DNA from: Spizellomyces punctatus DAOM BR117
Lineage: Eukaryota
Length of the DNA stretch: 64,000 nt
Reading direction: 5' to 3' (one strand)
Assembly: GCA_000182565.2 (NCBI GenBank)
Contig: KQ257455.1
The notes beneath the pieces are model-generated. The model was not told the DNA's origin, did not search any database, and was given only the letters and a program-made list of their open reading frames with translations. Both the position numbers and the translations under genes were made by a program. Positions 26,352-42,369 of this stretch are shown here, piece after piece; position 1 is the stretch's first letter; each line of letters begins with the position of its first letter.

Positions 26352-26627
26352 GTCTGAAGCTACTCTTTAGCGTTCAGTACTACTTGTAAAAGATTGGTGC
26401 TTGATCAACAAGACACACATGTAGGTCGACTGTGAGTTGTGGACATTGGTTTGTTGCTTGGCAACTGCATCGGATCCAGTGAATGCTAACCACTCTTGGC
26501 TTCAAGTTGATCTGAACTTTCTCAAGTTCTCTCACATTCGCTAGTGGTTGAAATGGCATCTGAATCAGCGTCCAGAAAGAGAAAGTCGCTAACGAAAGAT
26601 GCCAAGGTGTCGAAAGTTTCAAAAAGG

Positions 26628-27950
26628 ATGGACGGGTATGGTTGGCTTACAGCGCAATCCAAAGATCTGCTTGTCTCTTATTCCCATTTTTGCATTCAGA
26701 GAGAGTGTAAGCGATAAGCAAGCGGCGGACTGGGCAGCGGCTCGTTTGGAAGCGGCCATGATGGCACGGCTAGGATTTTCAGGACCTTCCGGAAGGAAGC
26801 GAAAAGCCCACGAAAACAATAGCGGGCCTACCTCAAAAGCCAATTTAGCGAAACGGAAGAAAGTGGACGGTATCGAAGAACAGGGCGAAGAAGGGGATGG
26901 AGAATCAGTGTCAGATGAAGATTTTGAACAAGGAAGGGGCTCGGATGCTGAAAGTGAGTCCGAATCTGAGGTTGACGTAGAGGAGGTAGTGGGTAGCGGT
27001 TATGTTCTGGAGGATATGCGCTCCGATGATGACGAATGGGACGGTGAATACGATGACGATTTAGAGGAAGATAACGACAGTGATGAGGATACTAGCGAAC
27101 ACGATAAATTTCTTTCAACGGTCACTACGACCGGCCCACAAGTGGTTGTATTCCAAGACACCAGTGCACAGCGAAGTGCGCCCGTGGGCAGTAAAGGTGA
27201 CTGGAAAGCCTTCATGTCATCCAACATTAGCAAACTTTCCGGAGAGGCAAAAACCAAAAACCTTACCAAAGAAGAAGCTGACCAGGAAGAGCAGGACAAT
27301 CAACATGACCGGGATCTGATGGAGTTACTCAAGACCACCAAGCTCATTGAAGAGTACAATGCCTCCCAGCTTGCTGGGACGGAAAGACGAAAGTACATGC
27401 AGGAGAAATTGGTAGAGCTAGGTGCCAAACCAGCCAAGCCCAAAGCACCAAGAGCAATCCGCATGGGAATGGAACTGAAAGAAAAAGAACGTGCTGCCAA
27501 ACGACTAGAAGAGGTGCGTTGATAATGAAAGCTCTCAGGCACTACTGTATTTTTAAGTCTAAAGTGTTCTTCTTGTAGGCCAAGAATATGGGGACATATC
27601 ACTCTTCACTGAAGGCCCAAATCATGGGTGAAGCGGGCAAAAAGGAAAAGGAAAGCAAACTAAAGCGGATAAAAGAGCGGGTGAAGGCTCGTAGCAGAGG
27701 GATTGACGGTGGATTTGGAACATTTAGGAATGGAACGCTGCATGTATCAAAGGAGGATATTGAGGCAGTTGAAAAGGCCAGCAGTAGAGGGCGGGGGCGG
27801 GGCCGAGGCCGAGGTCAGGGTAGAGGAAGAGGGGGAAGTAGAGGAGGAGGAGGGGGAAGAGGAGGAGGAGGGGGGAGAGGAGGAGGAGGGAGTAGGGGAG
27901 GAGGAAGGGGAGGTTCCTCTAAACTGGCTGGTCGTAGGGATCGATGGTAG
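26628..27950 (+). CDS. Nucleolar 40S biogenesis factor FAF1/DUF4602-like with acidic tract and RGG tail
   Basis: PQVVVF, WKAFMSS, DRDLMELL, PRAIRMGM, RGIDGGFGTFRNGTLHVSKEDI; GGRGG repeats. Confidence 0.7.
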
Positions 27951-28095
27951 TTTGCGGCTCATTAACATACAATGCAACAACTATTTATTTCACTCAAATT
28001 GGCAAGTCAACATAAGGAGAGGATACACGTTAATGCATAATGTCAATACTATTTTATACAGTGGTCTAAGAATATCGATCGACCTAATGATGATT

Positions 28096-29465
28096 CTACT
28101 CTTGCAAAAGCTTTCGTAGTCTGTTTAGCAACACGTCGTTTTCTTTTTCCGTCCCAATCGTAATCCTAACACACCCCTCACAGCCCAATTCAGTTCCACG
28201 ATATCTCACTACAACCCCTTCTGACTCTGCCAATGCCTTGTAGATACTGAATGCTCGTTGGTTGTCGGGCTTATCATTGGATCCCAATATTGGCACCAAG
28301 ACAAAGTTGGCGTGGTTACCCCCAATAATCTGTCCAACTCCTTTCAGTTTGCTTAGCTCGTCGATAAGGCGGGACCGTTCTGCAAGGATACGTCGGATGT
28401 GTTCGTGCATTTGAGCAATGCCTTCGTCGGTCAATGCGGAGCGAGCCAGGATGGAACTTGGTGTGGAAATGTTATATGGTGCCTTTGTGTTGTTGAAGAT
28501 TTGAGCAATCTCTGGTGATGAGATAGCAACGCCAAGTCTAGATTGAGGGAGATTTCAAGGTTAGTCTAGTCTGTACTTCCAATTGTCATTCCATTAGATG
28601 CGAACCTGATTCCTGCAAGCCCAAAAGCCTTGGAAAGCGTTTGTGTCACAATCAAGTTTGGATACTTGGTAACCCAGGGCGCAACACTAGACCCTTTTGG
28701 ACAGAAATCGATATAGGCTTCATCCACGACAACTACCCCGCTGAACCCTTCATAGTCCAAGATTTCCTTGATGTCCTCGGGGTTAAGAAGCGTTCCAGTA
28801 GGGTTGCCTGGTGAACACAAAAAGATCACTTTAATCGATGGGTCGGCATCCACCGCCTTCTTGATCTGCAACTGATATATGAGTGATACATCTTTTCAAG
28901 TTGCAAAGTGCTCCAGTCTCACCTCATCTGTCTTCAATTGAAACTTTCCACCTTCCACATCCAACGGCACTTTGACGACCTCAACATCATTTATCTGGGC
29001 GCAAACCGAGTACATTCCGTAAGTGGGGGGGCATATCAGCACCTTATCCCGAGCAGGTACACAGAAAACTCGTATTATGAGATCCAAGCTCTCATCAGAT
29101 CCTACACCCAGAAAGAAGTGTTCGGTAGACGGAAGCCCCCGGAAGTTTGCGAGCGACTGCTTGATTTCTTTCTGGTACGGGTCAGGGTAGCGCTCGAGGT
29201 GAGTGTCTGTGTAACTAGGATTGCTTAAAGCGGGAAGCGGTGGTTGATGACCGGCGGGCAAAGATGGTCCAAAGGAGTTTTCGTTGGCGTCAAGTAAAAT
29301 GCCAGTCGAGTAATCGTCTCTGGCGCATCGATAGGGCTGTTCTCAGACAAAGCAAGTGAGAAATGGTTGACCGTGCCGATATAAACAACGTCAGAGCAAG
29401 CGTACCTTCAAAGCCCAGATATTGGGCCGAACTACTGCCTTTAGAGAAAACCGTTCACGAGCCAT
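28096..29465 (-). CDS. HIS5: Histidinol-phosphate aminotransferase
   Basis: ILLDANENSFG, RYPDP, GVGSDE, CSPGNPTG, VDEAYIDF, TLSKAFGLAGIR. Confidence 0.96.
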
Positions 29466-29627
29466 ACCGTATATGAAAACCCGGTGGAAAGTAATTTGGG
29501 GGCAGACGCTGCGATTTGGGAGCAGTGAGATGATCGGCATCTCACAGTTACCATGCCAACAAGATGCGTCATCCATGATTCTACTGATTCATGCTCGTTG
29601 ACTTTAAAATAAACAAAAGGTTAAGCC

Positions 29628-30855
29628 ATGGCAGATCGCAAGAGAGTAACAGTAAGAATCCTTTCTTTAAACACGTAATAGTATAGTAGGTGGATCCATC
29701 TCAAAGCTTTTCTGTTGAAGGGCCCGGAAAAGTCAGTTGTCCCTCTATTGGAACCTGGATCGCTATCAGCATTCACCTTTGACCCTGAGAAGAGAAAAGA
29801 TGGGCGAAACATTGATCGAATACGACCCGTGTGTAAGTGGACGGGCACTTGCTGTCTCGAACGTGCGTGTATGCTCAATTCGATTGGTCGTTATCCAGTC
29901 ATGAAAACAGGGGTGGTCAGACAAGCGAATGGTAGTGCGTATCTGGAGGCAGGGAAGCTGAAGGTGGCATGTGGAGTGTGAGTATTCCTAGTGGACTCTG
30001 CGCCCTTCCAGAATGGTGGCCTCAAACTGTGGACTGACCGACCGCGTGAGATATGATGTTCTGACCCTTCCATCACTATATAGATACGGGCCACGACAAA
30101 CAGCGAGATCAAAGATATCATCTCGTGGTATTCTGAATTGCGATTTCAAATTCTCCCCGTTTTCGGGTGGACGACGAAGAGCGTACATAAAGGTAAGTCA
30201 AGCTCTTTTCCCTCTCTGTTGATGCGCGGTCAACTCATTCTGTACACATCATCTAGGATAGCCAAGAGAAGGAATATTCGCTAGTTCTAAGACAGGCGTT
30301 AGCACCAGCAGTTAGACTTGATCTACTACCCAAATCAACAGTAGACGTTTTCGTTCAAGTTCTCGAAAGCGATGGCTCTGCGGCCTGTTTGGCGGCCGCT
30401 ATCACATGCGCTGCGTTAGCTCTAGCAGATGCTGGAATCGAAATGCTGGATGCAGTGGCTGCTTGTGCTGTGGTATGTTTTCCATTTGCTGCATCTCAAC
30501 CAAGACGACGAGCTGCGGAAATAATACTTGAATTATCTGCTTGTGATCAGGGCTACTTTGACTCAACAATCTGCTTGGACCCGACTGATGAGGAGGAGAC
30601 CTATCAGAGCGGATCATTGGTGCTGTCATATATGCCATCGTTGAACGAGGTGACGCATGTAATACAAAGTGGGGAAATCGGGACGACGACAACAATCAAA
30701 GTATGCATGCGTCGACACGTGGAGATGAGGTCTACGCTAACTAACGATCATTAATCTAGGCGTTGGAGCTTTGCGTGGATGCATGTGCGCAAATTCAGTC
30801 TGTGATGCAGCAGACACTAGCTGCAACGATCAAGGAAAAAATAAATGGTGCCTAA
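29628..30855 (+). CDS. MTR3: Exosome RNase PH-like subunit (Mtr3/EXOSC6-like; Rrp41 not excluded)
   Basis: RKDGR..DRIRP, GVVRQANGSAYLE, YGPR, PKSTVDVFVQVLESDG, AITCAALALADAGIEM. Confidence 0.75.
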
Positions 30856-31188
30856 TAGCAATTTATATACAATGATGAAAAATTGCAGTCGTCTTGAGAC
30901 CTATGCACGTTGTCTTTGCTGTTCCACTGCAACCATTGATGTAATTTAAGAACTTCATGCTATGCACACCATTTCTTCAGCATGCGAACCACGCCCGTAG
31001 GCATCGATTACAGATGCTGTCGCATGTTCCTGTAAATGGACAATAAAGATCTTTGGTAGAGGATATACTGGATACGGGCATCATACAACAATCTCCCATA
31101 TCCGGCAGCGGAGAGGGGCATAAAGTCCAAGACAAAACGAGCAAAAAAAAGACATAATGGTGATTTCGATATATTATACACTCGACGC

Positions 31189-31910
31189 TTAGAAGGTGCT
31201 GGGGCGGACACCAGAGAAGACGGGGCGATAACGCTTGCTGGCAGGGCGGGTGACCCGGTGGGGCAGAGGGAACTTGAGCTTGGGCTCCTGTTGTTCCAGA
31301 ACAAAACGATTAGATTCTGACCCTCATATGTTTACCAAGGACCATGTCGATACTTACCAACAACTGCCTGATGTAAGGACGGCGGACGTCAGCACTCTTC
31401 ACCTCAGCAACCTTGATGATCTGGATCGAGGAGAAACGGGCACGGTGACGGGCAGCCATGTCCTGGTCTATGATCCTCGGGATTAGCCATTGTCTCAATC
31501 TTTTACAGCGTCCAGAAACTCACAGCAAGCGGCGACGGCGTCGGTACGAGTGAGTTCACGGTACTCCTTGTACATGTTGTGAGTACCAGAGCGGGAGTCG
31601 TAACGGATCCAGATACCAAAGTTCTTGACAGTCAACGGCTTCTTCTCAAAGATCTTCAGAAACAAGCAATCATCAACACCTCGTTCCGGTTATATCGGCG
31701 CTTTGGTTTCCTCCTTCCTACCTCGTTGACAGCCACAATCTCACCGGACGCCTTCTTGACCTTGTTCACCTGCTTCAAGAAGTACCAGAAGCGACTCTTG
31801 GCAACGACTTCGTTGGGAGCGAAGAGACGCATGCGGTACAACTTAGGGACCGGCTCCTTCTCCGTGGGAGTCCGGCGGCCAATAACCTGGTACTCGTGCA
31901 GTCTGCCCAT
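31189..31910 (-). CDS. RPL20: 60S ribosomal protein L20 (eL20/L18a)
   Basis: [13 protein letters not shown]...[45 protein letters not shown]. Confidence 0.97.
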
Positions 31911-32520
31911 TTCTGCGATTCTGTGAATGCAAAATTCAAATGTCAGCGATATGCAAATGCGTCCCTTCCTCCAACCAAGCACTCGTACCCTAACTGGAGA
32001 AACAAAAAAAAACAGCAATAGGTTAGCTCTCCACTGTAGTTACAAGCCGTCGCAAGAAACTTGATTTACCTCCGCAAAGGTGAGTAGATTGAATCGTTTA
32101 TCTTGCCACGGCAGAGATTTTCAAAGGAAGAAGGGCTCCTTGTGGTCGCTTGGATGGAAGAAAAACCAAAAACTCGCCTGTTGCCCAAAAAAGGAACTCG
32201 TCGGATGTGATTGGATGGCTTCTTGTTTGGAATGTATTGGAATGTGGTTGGATATCCAGATATCTATATCACATGACTTTTATATCTATGGCAACCAACG
32301 TCTGGACGATTGCTGCGCGTCGAGGTGGAGCGCGTCAGCGTGCAACTATCCCTGCTGTTGATACCAGAGTTTTCAACAGCCAGGTAAACCCAGCGGGTGT
32401 GCAGAGTCGGTCATTACCAACGTCGAGCGGGACGTTGAACTCGCCATTTCGAACGTCTTTCTCACTTGTTTCCTTCATTTTCGAATATAAATACCACTAG
32501 TCAAGTCGCCAGATCACTGA

Positions 32521-34356
<1,836 letters not shown>

Positions 34357-34497
34357 TTTCAATCAAATATAACAGATATACATGATCATTCGCTTGACAA
34401 GGCCATCACTTCTTTTGGTTAATGATGTACCAAAACTACTCAGATTCCAACTCAAACTATGTACATTGTCAGGCGGCTCAGGACTACAATACCCAGC

Positions 34498-34856
<359 letters not shown>

Positions 34857-35637
34857 TCTGAATGACAATGGTGATTTGTCGACCAGCGCTTGCAGGGCGA
34901 TATCGCCTTACGTGCCTGCTACGCTGTGCCACACCCAAGTTGCTATGGCATCATGGAACTGTGGGATACCGTAAAGGCTTGATAGGCTCGATGGAGCATA
35001 AACAATCGGAAATGTCATCAATGCATCAAGAGTTTTGGATCAATCTGATCAGATGTGAGAAGGAGTGGGTGTTGGTGCAGATGCAGATGCAGGCTTGTAT
35101 CCAGCGGGCACGCATACATGAAAGTAGATGGGATCTGGAGGGTAGCCAAACGGCGGGAAGAAACAAAAGCTTGTCCGTACGCTTACTTGTACGTGCTTAG
35201 TAAGATACATGAAGACATAATAAGATACTATGAAGAATACTCAAGCACTCTTCTTGCTGTGATCCAACGTTGATAACAAAAAGTCTCCAAAATGCAGGAT
35301 AAACAAACAGATCGTTTTGATTACGGCAGCGTGACTCAGCAGCTGGGACTTTCCCGCGCAATTAACCCCTCCTGCCCTCGCTTGCGCCGGTTTCCCCCCA
35401 AGGATGCAGGTTGACGACGACCCATCCCTTCCGCTCGCTGGATTCCCCCGTGCGAGTAACGTGCCTGGCATCGCCCAACTATAAAGTGGCATCTGGGTTT
35501 TTCGTCCGGCCTTGTTGCCAGTCGCACTCGTCCCGTGTTCACCTAGCTGGCTGTCACCTAGGCACTGAAAGGAGGGAGAGGTATGTAGAATACACGTCAA
35601 CGTCAAACGTCAAATTTCGCAAAGTCTGAACACAATT

Positions 35638-37150
35638 ATGTCGGGTCGTAGGTATCACATATCATTTACTCTGGGTCAACATAGTGGGTGCGAATGCTCG
35701 GGCTTTTTCGAAGAGGCACAAACAAAGTGTGCAAAACATGCAACAAACGAATAACATCACGGGCTCACGTTGTTCCAGCCTGTGGGACGTTTTACCACCG
35801 AGACTGTCTAAAATGTGCGGTAAGTCAAACAGGATTTGCTCGTCGACACGCCCTTTACCGCGTCTACATGTTGTTAAACGGGGTGATTATAATGCAGGAT
35901 TGCGGCAGACCAGCATGCCAGCAATACATGCCGTCAACGTCCACCGATGTACCAATTCTACTCTGTAAAGAGGACTATCTGCGCCGCGTTTTTGCCGACG
36001 ATTCTGAAGTCACTGGGGAATATCGTTCCAATGACATTTGCGGCGGTTGCGGAAGACCAGTTATAGTGGGCCTGCCATTACAGGTTGATCCCAACGGTGA
36101 TGGACATATGGAAGGATGGCATCACTATTGTTGGAAGGTGTACAAGGTGGGCTCCTGGATGTTGTGCTCTTTGTAGCTCATGAGCTAATTCACACAACTA
36201 GACATGGGATATCAAACTTGACACCATTAAACCCCCATCGATATGCCTGATGGACTTTGAGTCTTTTGACGCAGAGTGCTTGCTGTGGGAGGATCGAGTG
36301 CAGACAGCTTTTGGGAGTTTGAGCGAATTCGGTGCCGTGCTCGAACAACGTCGTGGGATGTTAGTGAAGCTGCTCCAGGAAGGCCAACATCAAGAGGCAA
36401 TTAATCTCGGCAAGGAAGTGTGGGCACAGGTTGAGTATTTGATCAATATAAGTGAGAACAATGTGAAAGGTACGTCTGGAGATCCGAACGTTGAAAATGT
36501 CATTGTTTAAATTCATCTTTGTTCATCTCCCGCAGGCATCCGGTACGCATCTACTCCCGAATTGTACGAGGCGAAGTCGTCATTCGATATCTGGGTGGCT
36601 CGCACGGAGCTGTATATGGAAGACTGTAGGCAGATGGCGGAAAAAGCAATATCCTTGCTGACAAGTGTCAACAATTCGATCCAAGATCTTTTGAGGAAGG
36701 CTTTTGTGTGGTTCATACAGCAGGTATGTCATACATCCATACGTACACGGGAAATTGTTTGCTGAGTATCGCCACTGCAGGATCTTCATGGTGGGAAGAT
36801 CGATCCGCACCTCCTTCGACTTGAATTGCTTATCCAGTCCTCCAGAAGGTCCCCCTTTGCTGCCATCGAAAGAGTAAAGATTATTGGTTCACCGGCATGT
36901 TCCGCCCTGCCTGCAATCACGAACGATCTTTGGATGGACGATTTGGAACGGCTCTTCACCGAGTTTGGAGTCTCTACAGAGACCCTTGTGGGTTCTGATG
37001 ACCACTCTGCGCCTGCGGTTTATCTTGCTGAAATCGTGCCAGAGGCCGGAAGGACGACCACCATATAGATACCACATGTAAGTTGCACGCTATTTTTTGA
37101 CCAATTTCGATTATATGCTCACGACCATTAGATTACCTGTAAGTCATAGA
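35638..37150 (+). CDS. LIM zinc-finger protein with helical C-terminal region; boundaries uncertain
   Basis: CKTCNKRI...YHRDCLKC|DC...LLCKEDY (LIM), then CGGC...WHHYCWKVYK|TWDIKL. Confidence 0.65.
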
Positions 37151-38328
37151 TCGAAAGAGGTAATGCTTATTTAATGTCTTCCCGACGCACGTTACCTGGA
37201 TATTCGTCTGCTTCGGTATTCCAATGGATTTTAAGGGCCGTTTATGACTTGACATGATTTGACATATCGGACGGCGTACTAGTCAGTCACCCATGTCATT
37301 TACTATTGTTTTGTAGATTTTCTTGACTTGTAGATATGCTACTTAATCGGAACACTTTGCCTTGATACTTTGAAGTTTGTCTTTCTCTCCATGGCTATTG
37401 TCAATGAACCAATATATTATTTGCAAGCAAACCTTCTTTATTCACAGCTCGTGTCGATCTTTACTTTTGGGACCACGGTTGTCAAGACCATACCATGGTT
37501 GCATTCGTGTCGTGCTCAAGGTAATTGATCGAAAGGGTAATTGAAGGGTAAATGAAACTTTAAAGGTTTAGATCAATTTCTTTTAATGGGGATCGGAATG
37601 TTTTTGTTCTATTTCATCATAGCAGTAACCGTGGTCCGAGTTTATGTACACATTTGAATCCATGGGACATCAAAATGAGGGTATCGAAAATTCAGAAATG
37701 CAACCCTTCCATTCCTTTACAGGCGCTTCTAGCAGTCAGCGCTCTTGGTGTTCACGCAAGTGTTATGACAGCATTTCTTGATAACCTGATTGCTTACTTC
37801 AGCACAAATCCAAAACTCCGATGTTCGCTTCGAAACCCTCTCAACCATGGGAACTTTAGTGGAACCTTATTGAGAACCATGGGTGACTTGGACGTTCACA
37901 ATCCCTGGCTCATTCAGTTAGAGTACCGCGGTTTTTATGGCATGGAATCAGACCGTATTGGCCATGAACAGACAGGACTTGTAGCAATTTCATAAAGCCT
38001 TCTCGTCCCAGTCCAAAGGTTCAGATGATGGGATTTCGGTTTCTCTCTGGGATACGCAAGGAATCCTTGGAGCTTTGCTTGAGGATCTGGACCCTTCTGG
38101 CTGACCCACGGTACGCTAGCGCTGCTCTACTTTAACGTAAAATTGGGTTTGACTTAACTGTATACGTTGATGTTATCAATGTTAACGTTACCATTCACCG
38201 TCAAATGTGATATCCTCGGGTTAATTGTACAGTATGCACGATATGATCACAGGTATACTCTATTTCTTCAAAGATGTCTAGAAACACGGAAAAAAAAACA
38301 CTACAACTATTTTCAAAAGACACAGCCA

Positions 38329-41300
38329 TCACTCTTCTTCCTCTTCCTCATCATCATCCCCATCACTCTCCATATCTAATAACATTCTTTCAAAGCCAGG
38401 ACTTCGCCTTGAGCGTTGCTTGACTCGGTCAATCTCCGCTTTGAGTTCCATGACCTGGAGGGTTTGAAATGCAAGTCAGTGAAGAAGGGGTACGGTTGAG
38501 CGAAAATCGTTAAGGTTTTTACCTCGCGTGATGTGTCATCTATCATTTGGCTTTCGTCGTCTAGGGGAGGTGTTCTGATTTGCGCGAATAAGTTAGGCAG
38601 TCCGAATAGGTTTGACAGTGCACAGCAATCGGCTTTTGTACCTGAGCATTCCCGGATATCGTGTATCGTCTCGTCGGGATTGATGTAGACGTTCTCGCTC
38701 TTTACGATCTTGCTCTAGCTTAATTCGATCCAAATCTCGTTCTGTAATTGAAATAAATGGGTCAATGTAACACCTTCAATCAGCTATAAATATTAGCAGC
38801 CCGAACACCTACTCAGTCTCTTTCTCTCCTCTGCCCACTCTTCCTCCCTTTTACCCCATGCCACAACTTGTTTCCTCAACCCCTCGCATCGTCCCTCAGC
38901 GTCTCTCACCCGCGCCGATAATCTCGCCGAGATGCATCGCTCATCCGATAGCTTTTGCACCGTTTCCTTGAGCCGAGTGTCTAATGTCTGTATCCGAGCC
39001 TCCAGGTCATTGACGTGTGTTTGGTAGTCAGAAAGCTGGGTCTGAAGGGTGCGTAGGGTTTGAGCGTGATGGTGCTTTTGTGTTTGGGCTTCAGTATGCC
39101 ATTTTTCTGTCATGCGCTTTTGGTCGGAGAGGAGGGTTTGAATGTCTCGGCAGGTGCGGGTGTGGGATTCAGTTACTGATTCTAGCTTTAATGTAAGGTC
39201 TTTGATCTAGTAGATGTGGTGGACACTGATCAATTTCCTATGATAGCTGTAATAGAAGCACACCATTCCAGTTCTCACCTGCTCTTCGTATTTCTGTGTT
39301 ACAGCCGCTGTCTCCGCTTCATGTTGCATGGCCGCCTTTTGTTTGGCTTCCGCAAGTTTCTTATGCGCGTGTTCCAGGTCGGTGAGTTTGGTGAAGAGCT
39401 TGACGCGGTCTTCCTATCCAGGTCTGACTTTAACCCGTGTTCAAACAGCATAGAGTAGATACTGACCATACCTTGGTTTCCTCCAAGTCTCTCTCAATGC
39501 TTCGGAGTCGCCGAAACGCGTCATCACTTCGCTCCGCAATCAGCTGCTTTTCCTTTTCAAAGCGAGATTCCTCTCTCAGGAGCTTCGAATGCAAACTTGG
39601 TATGCCATAAAAACATTTACCAAATCAGATATTGAGCTTCTCTCATCAGACGTTACAAATGCGTACCTCTCGAACTTGTGCGTTGCTTGATTCCTTTCCC
39701 TCTCTGACGCACGCAATTTATTGTTGAGCTCTTCAATAATAAGTGCCAAGCGTTCCGACTCCTCGGGTAGATGTCGTGTGAGTTTTTCCAGTTCGGCCTC
39801 CGCGGACCTAAGGAGAGACAAATTCAAATGTCAATCTTCCGCTACGATGGACGACCAGAAGGGGATTTCCGTACCGTTTATCTCGGATAGAGCGTTCAGA
39901 TTGATGCTGGAGTTGCGCACATTTAGTTTCGAGGGCAGTGATCTCAATATTCAGTTGTCGCTTTTCCGATAGGAATTGTGCTCGCATTCTATGGATTCGT
40001 ACATAAGCTTGCTTGATTTGCGTTTTGTAAAGTAAAGGAGAACGGACATACGTAGCGACTTCCTGATCCGCTCTCTCCCGATACTTCTGCGGTAGTTCCA
40101 AAAGACGTTCATTCAAACGCTGGATTTCCGCTTGGCACTGTTGCTCCCTGATTAAAGCTTTGTCAAATTCGAGTTTGGCGTCTTCTGCCTTTTGGTCATG
40201 TTAAGTATTGGCAACCAGTAAACTGAGCTACTTGGGCGATAAACTCTGGGCTACCTTCTCAATGTACTTTTGCACCTCCATATGAGCATTAGCTTCCTGG
40301 TCCTCCAATTGTGCCACTCGCTTTTCGAGACCCCGCGAAATCCGTAGCAATTCGTCATAGGAGGATCGAAGGGACTCGTGATCACTGCTTAACGACGCAT
40401 ATTTTGTTTTCCAGTCTAGAGGACGTTGGATCAATATCTTTGTCAGGGTACTATTTCAATGCCGTATCTACCGTCTCGTTCGAGTTCTGTCGTTTTCACA
40501 TTGTCGAGTAGTTCGCGCTCCCTGGCTGAAAGAGCCTGAGACTCACAAACATGAGTTTGATATCGATTTGTCACTTCTTCAAGCGATCTAGCAAAAACGG
40601 GTCCATTAATAGGGCAACAGATGTGGACGTATTTTAACAACCAACCTTTTCAGATCACCAATCTTCCCTTGGTACCCTTTGATATCCACGCCATATCTTT
40701 TAAGTTCTCCATGCAAATGATCATTCTCAACATTGGCGGCAGTCAACTCCTCCATGCATGCCTTCAATTCACGTTCGACGCCGGATTTGCGGTCATTTGT
40801 TTGTAAAAGTTCTTGTTGGAGAGCGTGCAAGTGTTCTTGTGATTGCGTCAAGTCTTCAGTGGTTGTGCGAACTGTAACAAGGGTTGATTTCCAGCGTGAT
40901 GAACAACAATGATCTATGCTCAGGATACAGACGTTGTTTGCCCTGTCTAGCGAGCTCGTCCTGTAGCCGTTCGATTTCAATCTGCGTGGCTTTTCTTTGG
41001 TCCATTAGCACGTCATTCTCTCTTATGAGGATATTCACACGCTCGTTTGCTTCATTCCTATTCGTCGGCATCGATCTGGCAATGAGAACCCTACGCTTCC
41101 ACATCCGCGGTAGAGGAGCACCTACCACTCTTCCGGCGTGATTTGTGCCCAATCGCCCATTGCCTTCCCAAATTTATCTACCAATTCTGAGTTCTGCTTC
41201 AAAGTCGCTTCCTGTGTGCTTTTGAGGGTAGCATTTTCTTCAGTGAGGTGTAGATTGTCTCGTTGGAGGTGATCGATGCGATCAGTCAGAGCTTGGTTCT

Positions 41301-41850
41301 CTGTCTATCAACATTGTGAGAAATTCCATGTCTTGATTAAGACATTGGCTGTAACCCATCTCATCATCACACCTCTAATCTCCGAACTTTTGTTTCCAGA
41401 TCATATAGCCGATCTCGAGATTGCGACTGATGCAACATCTTTTGTTTATTGTGAGTGATGCCCTGTACCCCGACAATGCATGGTGCATTTACAAGGCGCA
41501 TAATTTGGAAATCTTACCGGAAGAGGACTGGACGCCATGTTTCTCGTTGGGCTTGCTTGGCGCGGGACCTCTGGAGACTCATTACCGTGTCTGCCTAGGA
41601 AGAATAAAATAGTTCATCACTTGGTCACCACATATGGAAGCAGCCCAAATGACATATATTCCGGATGCACAGGTTCTGGATACTTACTCGCTTTTAACCC
41701 GTGAGCTTCCAAAAATGCTGCATCCAAGCCACGACGCGTATGGGGTACTTGCAGGTCAGAGGGGTCGTCAACAGAGGGATGCGTGTCAATCGTGCTGGAT
41801 TTGAGAACCGTTTCACGCAGCAAACGGGCTCGATCTTCCCGTGTTAGCAT
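38329..41850 (-). CDS. Long multi-exon coiled-coil protein, SCLT1-like (centriole distal appendage)
   Basis: Many spliced coiled-coil exons; RSIRDKR|SAEAELEK and DIQTLLSDQKRMTEKWHTE resemble segments of animal SCLT1 as recalled; acidic tail. Confidence 0.55.
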
Positions 41851-42369
41851 TGTCCCTGCCGGAAACATGTGGAAACACGATCCAACGATTGTAAACACAA
41901 TGAGAAAACCAGTCGACGACAATTGCCAAAACGTCCTACACGTTCTGGACGTACTGCGCACGCGAAAGCCAAAAGCGCGATAACCTTACGTAATGTATAA
42001 AGTAATCATCCACGTGCGTCTGTCACATGAATTCAAGCGGAGTCATCGCTCGAGGCTCCTTTCGTCACCTTTTCCCCCTCCTTCCATCTTCCTCGCCAGG
42101 TTTCCTTCCCATTGGGCATCGCCAACCATCTTTCTTGTCCATTATTCTTTTTTCAACTGGCCTCATCCCCCCCACTCCCCGTCCCTGCAACCGTAACGGG
42201 CCGAGAACCCATCTGCATTAGCACTTCTGTGGACGTTTTTACTTTGCAGCCAGCTTGAAACAATTCCTTGCACTTATCGTAACTTTGAGCAAAAACTCTT
42301 CCTTTCCTTTACATCTGCATGATTCTCCCTTCTGCTGTCTATTGGATTGTAGCAGAAAGGGTGGGTAAA

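Noticed and set aside
27785-27915. GA-rich repeat
   Set aside because: Encodes the RGG tail of the FAF1-like protein.
29548-29561. RFX X-box-like GTTACCATGCCAAC
   Set aside because: Lies between HIS5 and an exosome gene, with no supporting context; single imperfect match.
35330-35480. GC-rich stretch with GGGAAAGTCCC (minus) suggestive of RNase P/MRP CR-I or SRP RNA
   Set aside because: No matching CR-V or SRP helix-8 motif found; more simply the promoter of the LIM gene (TATAAA at ~35480).
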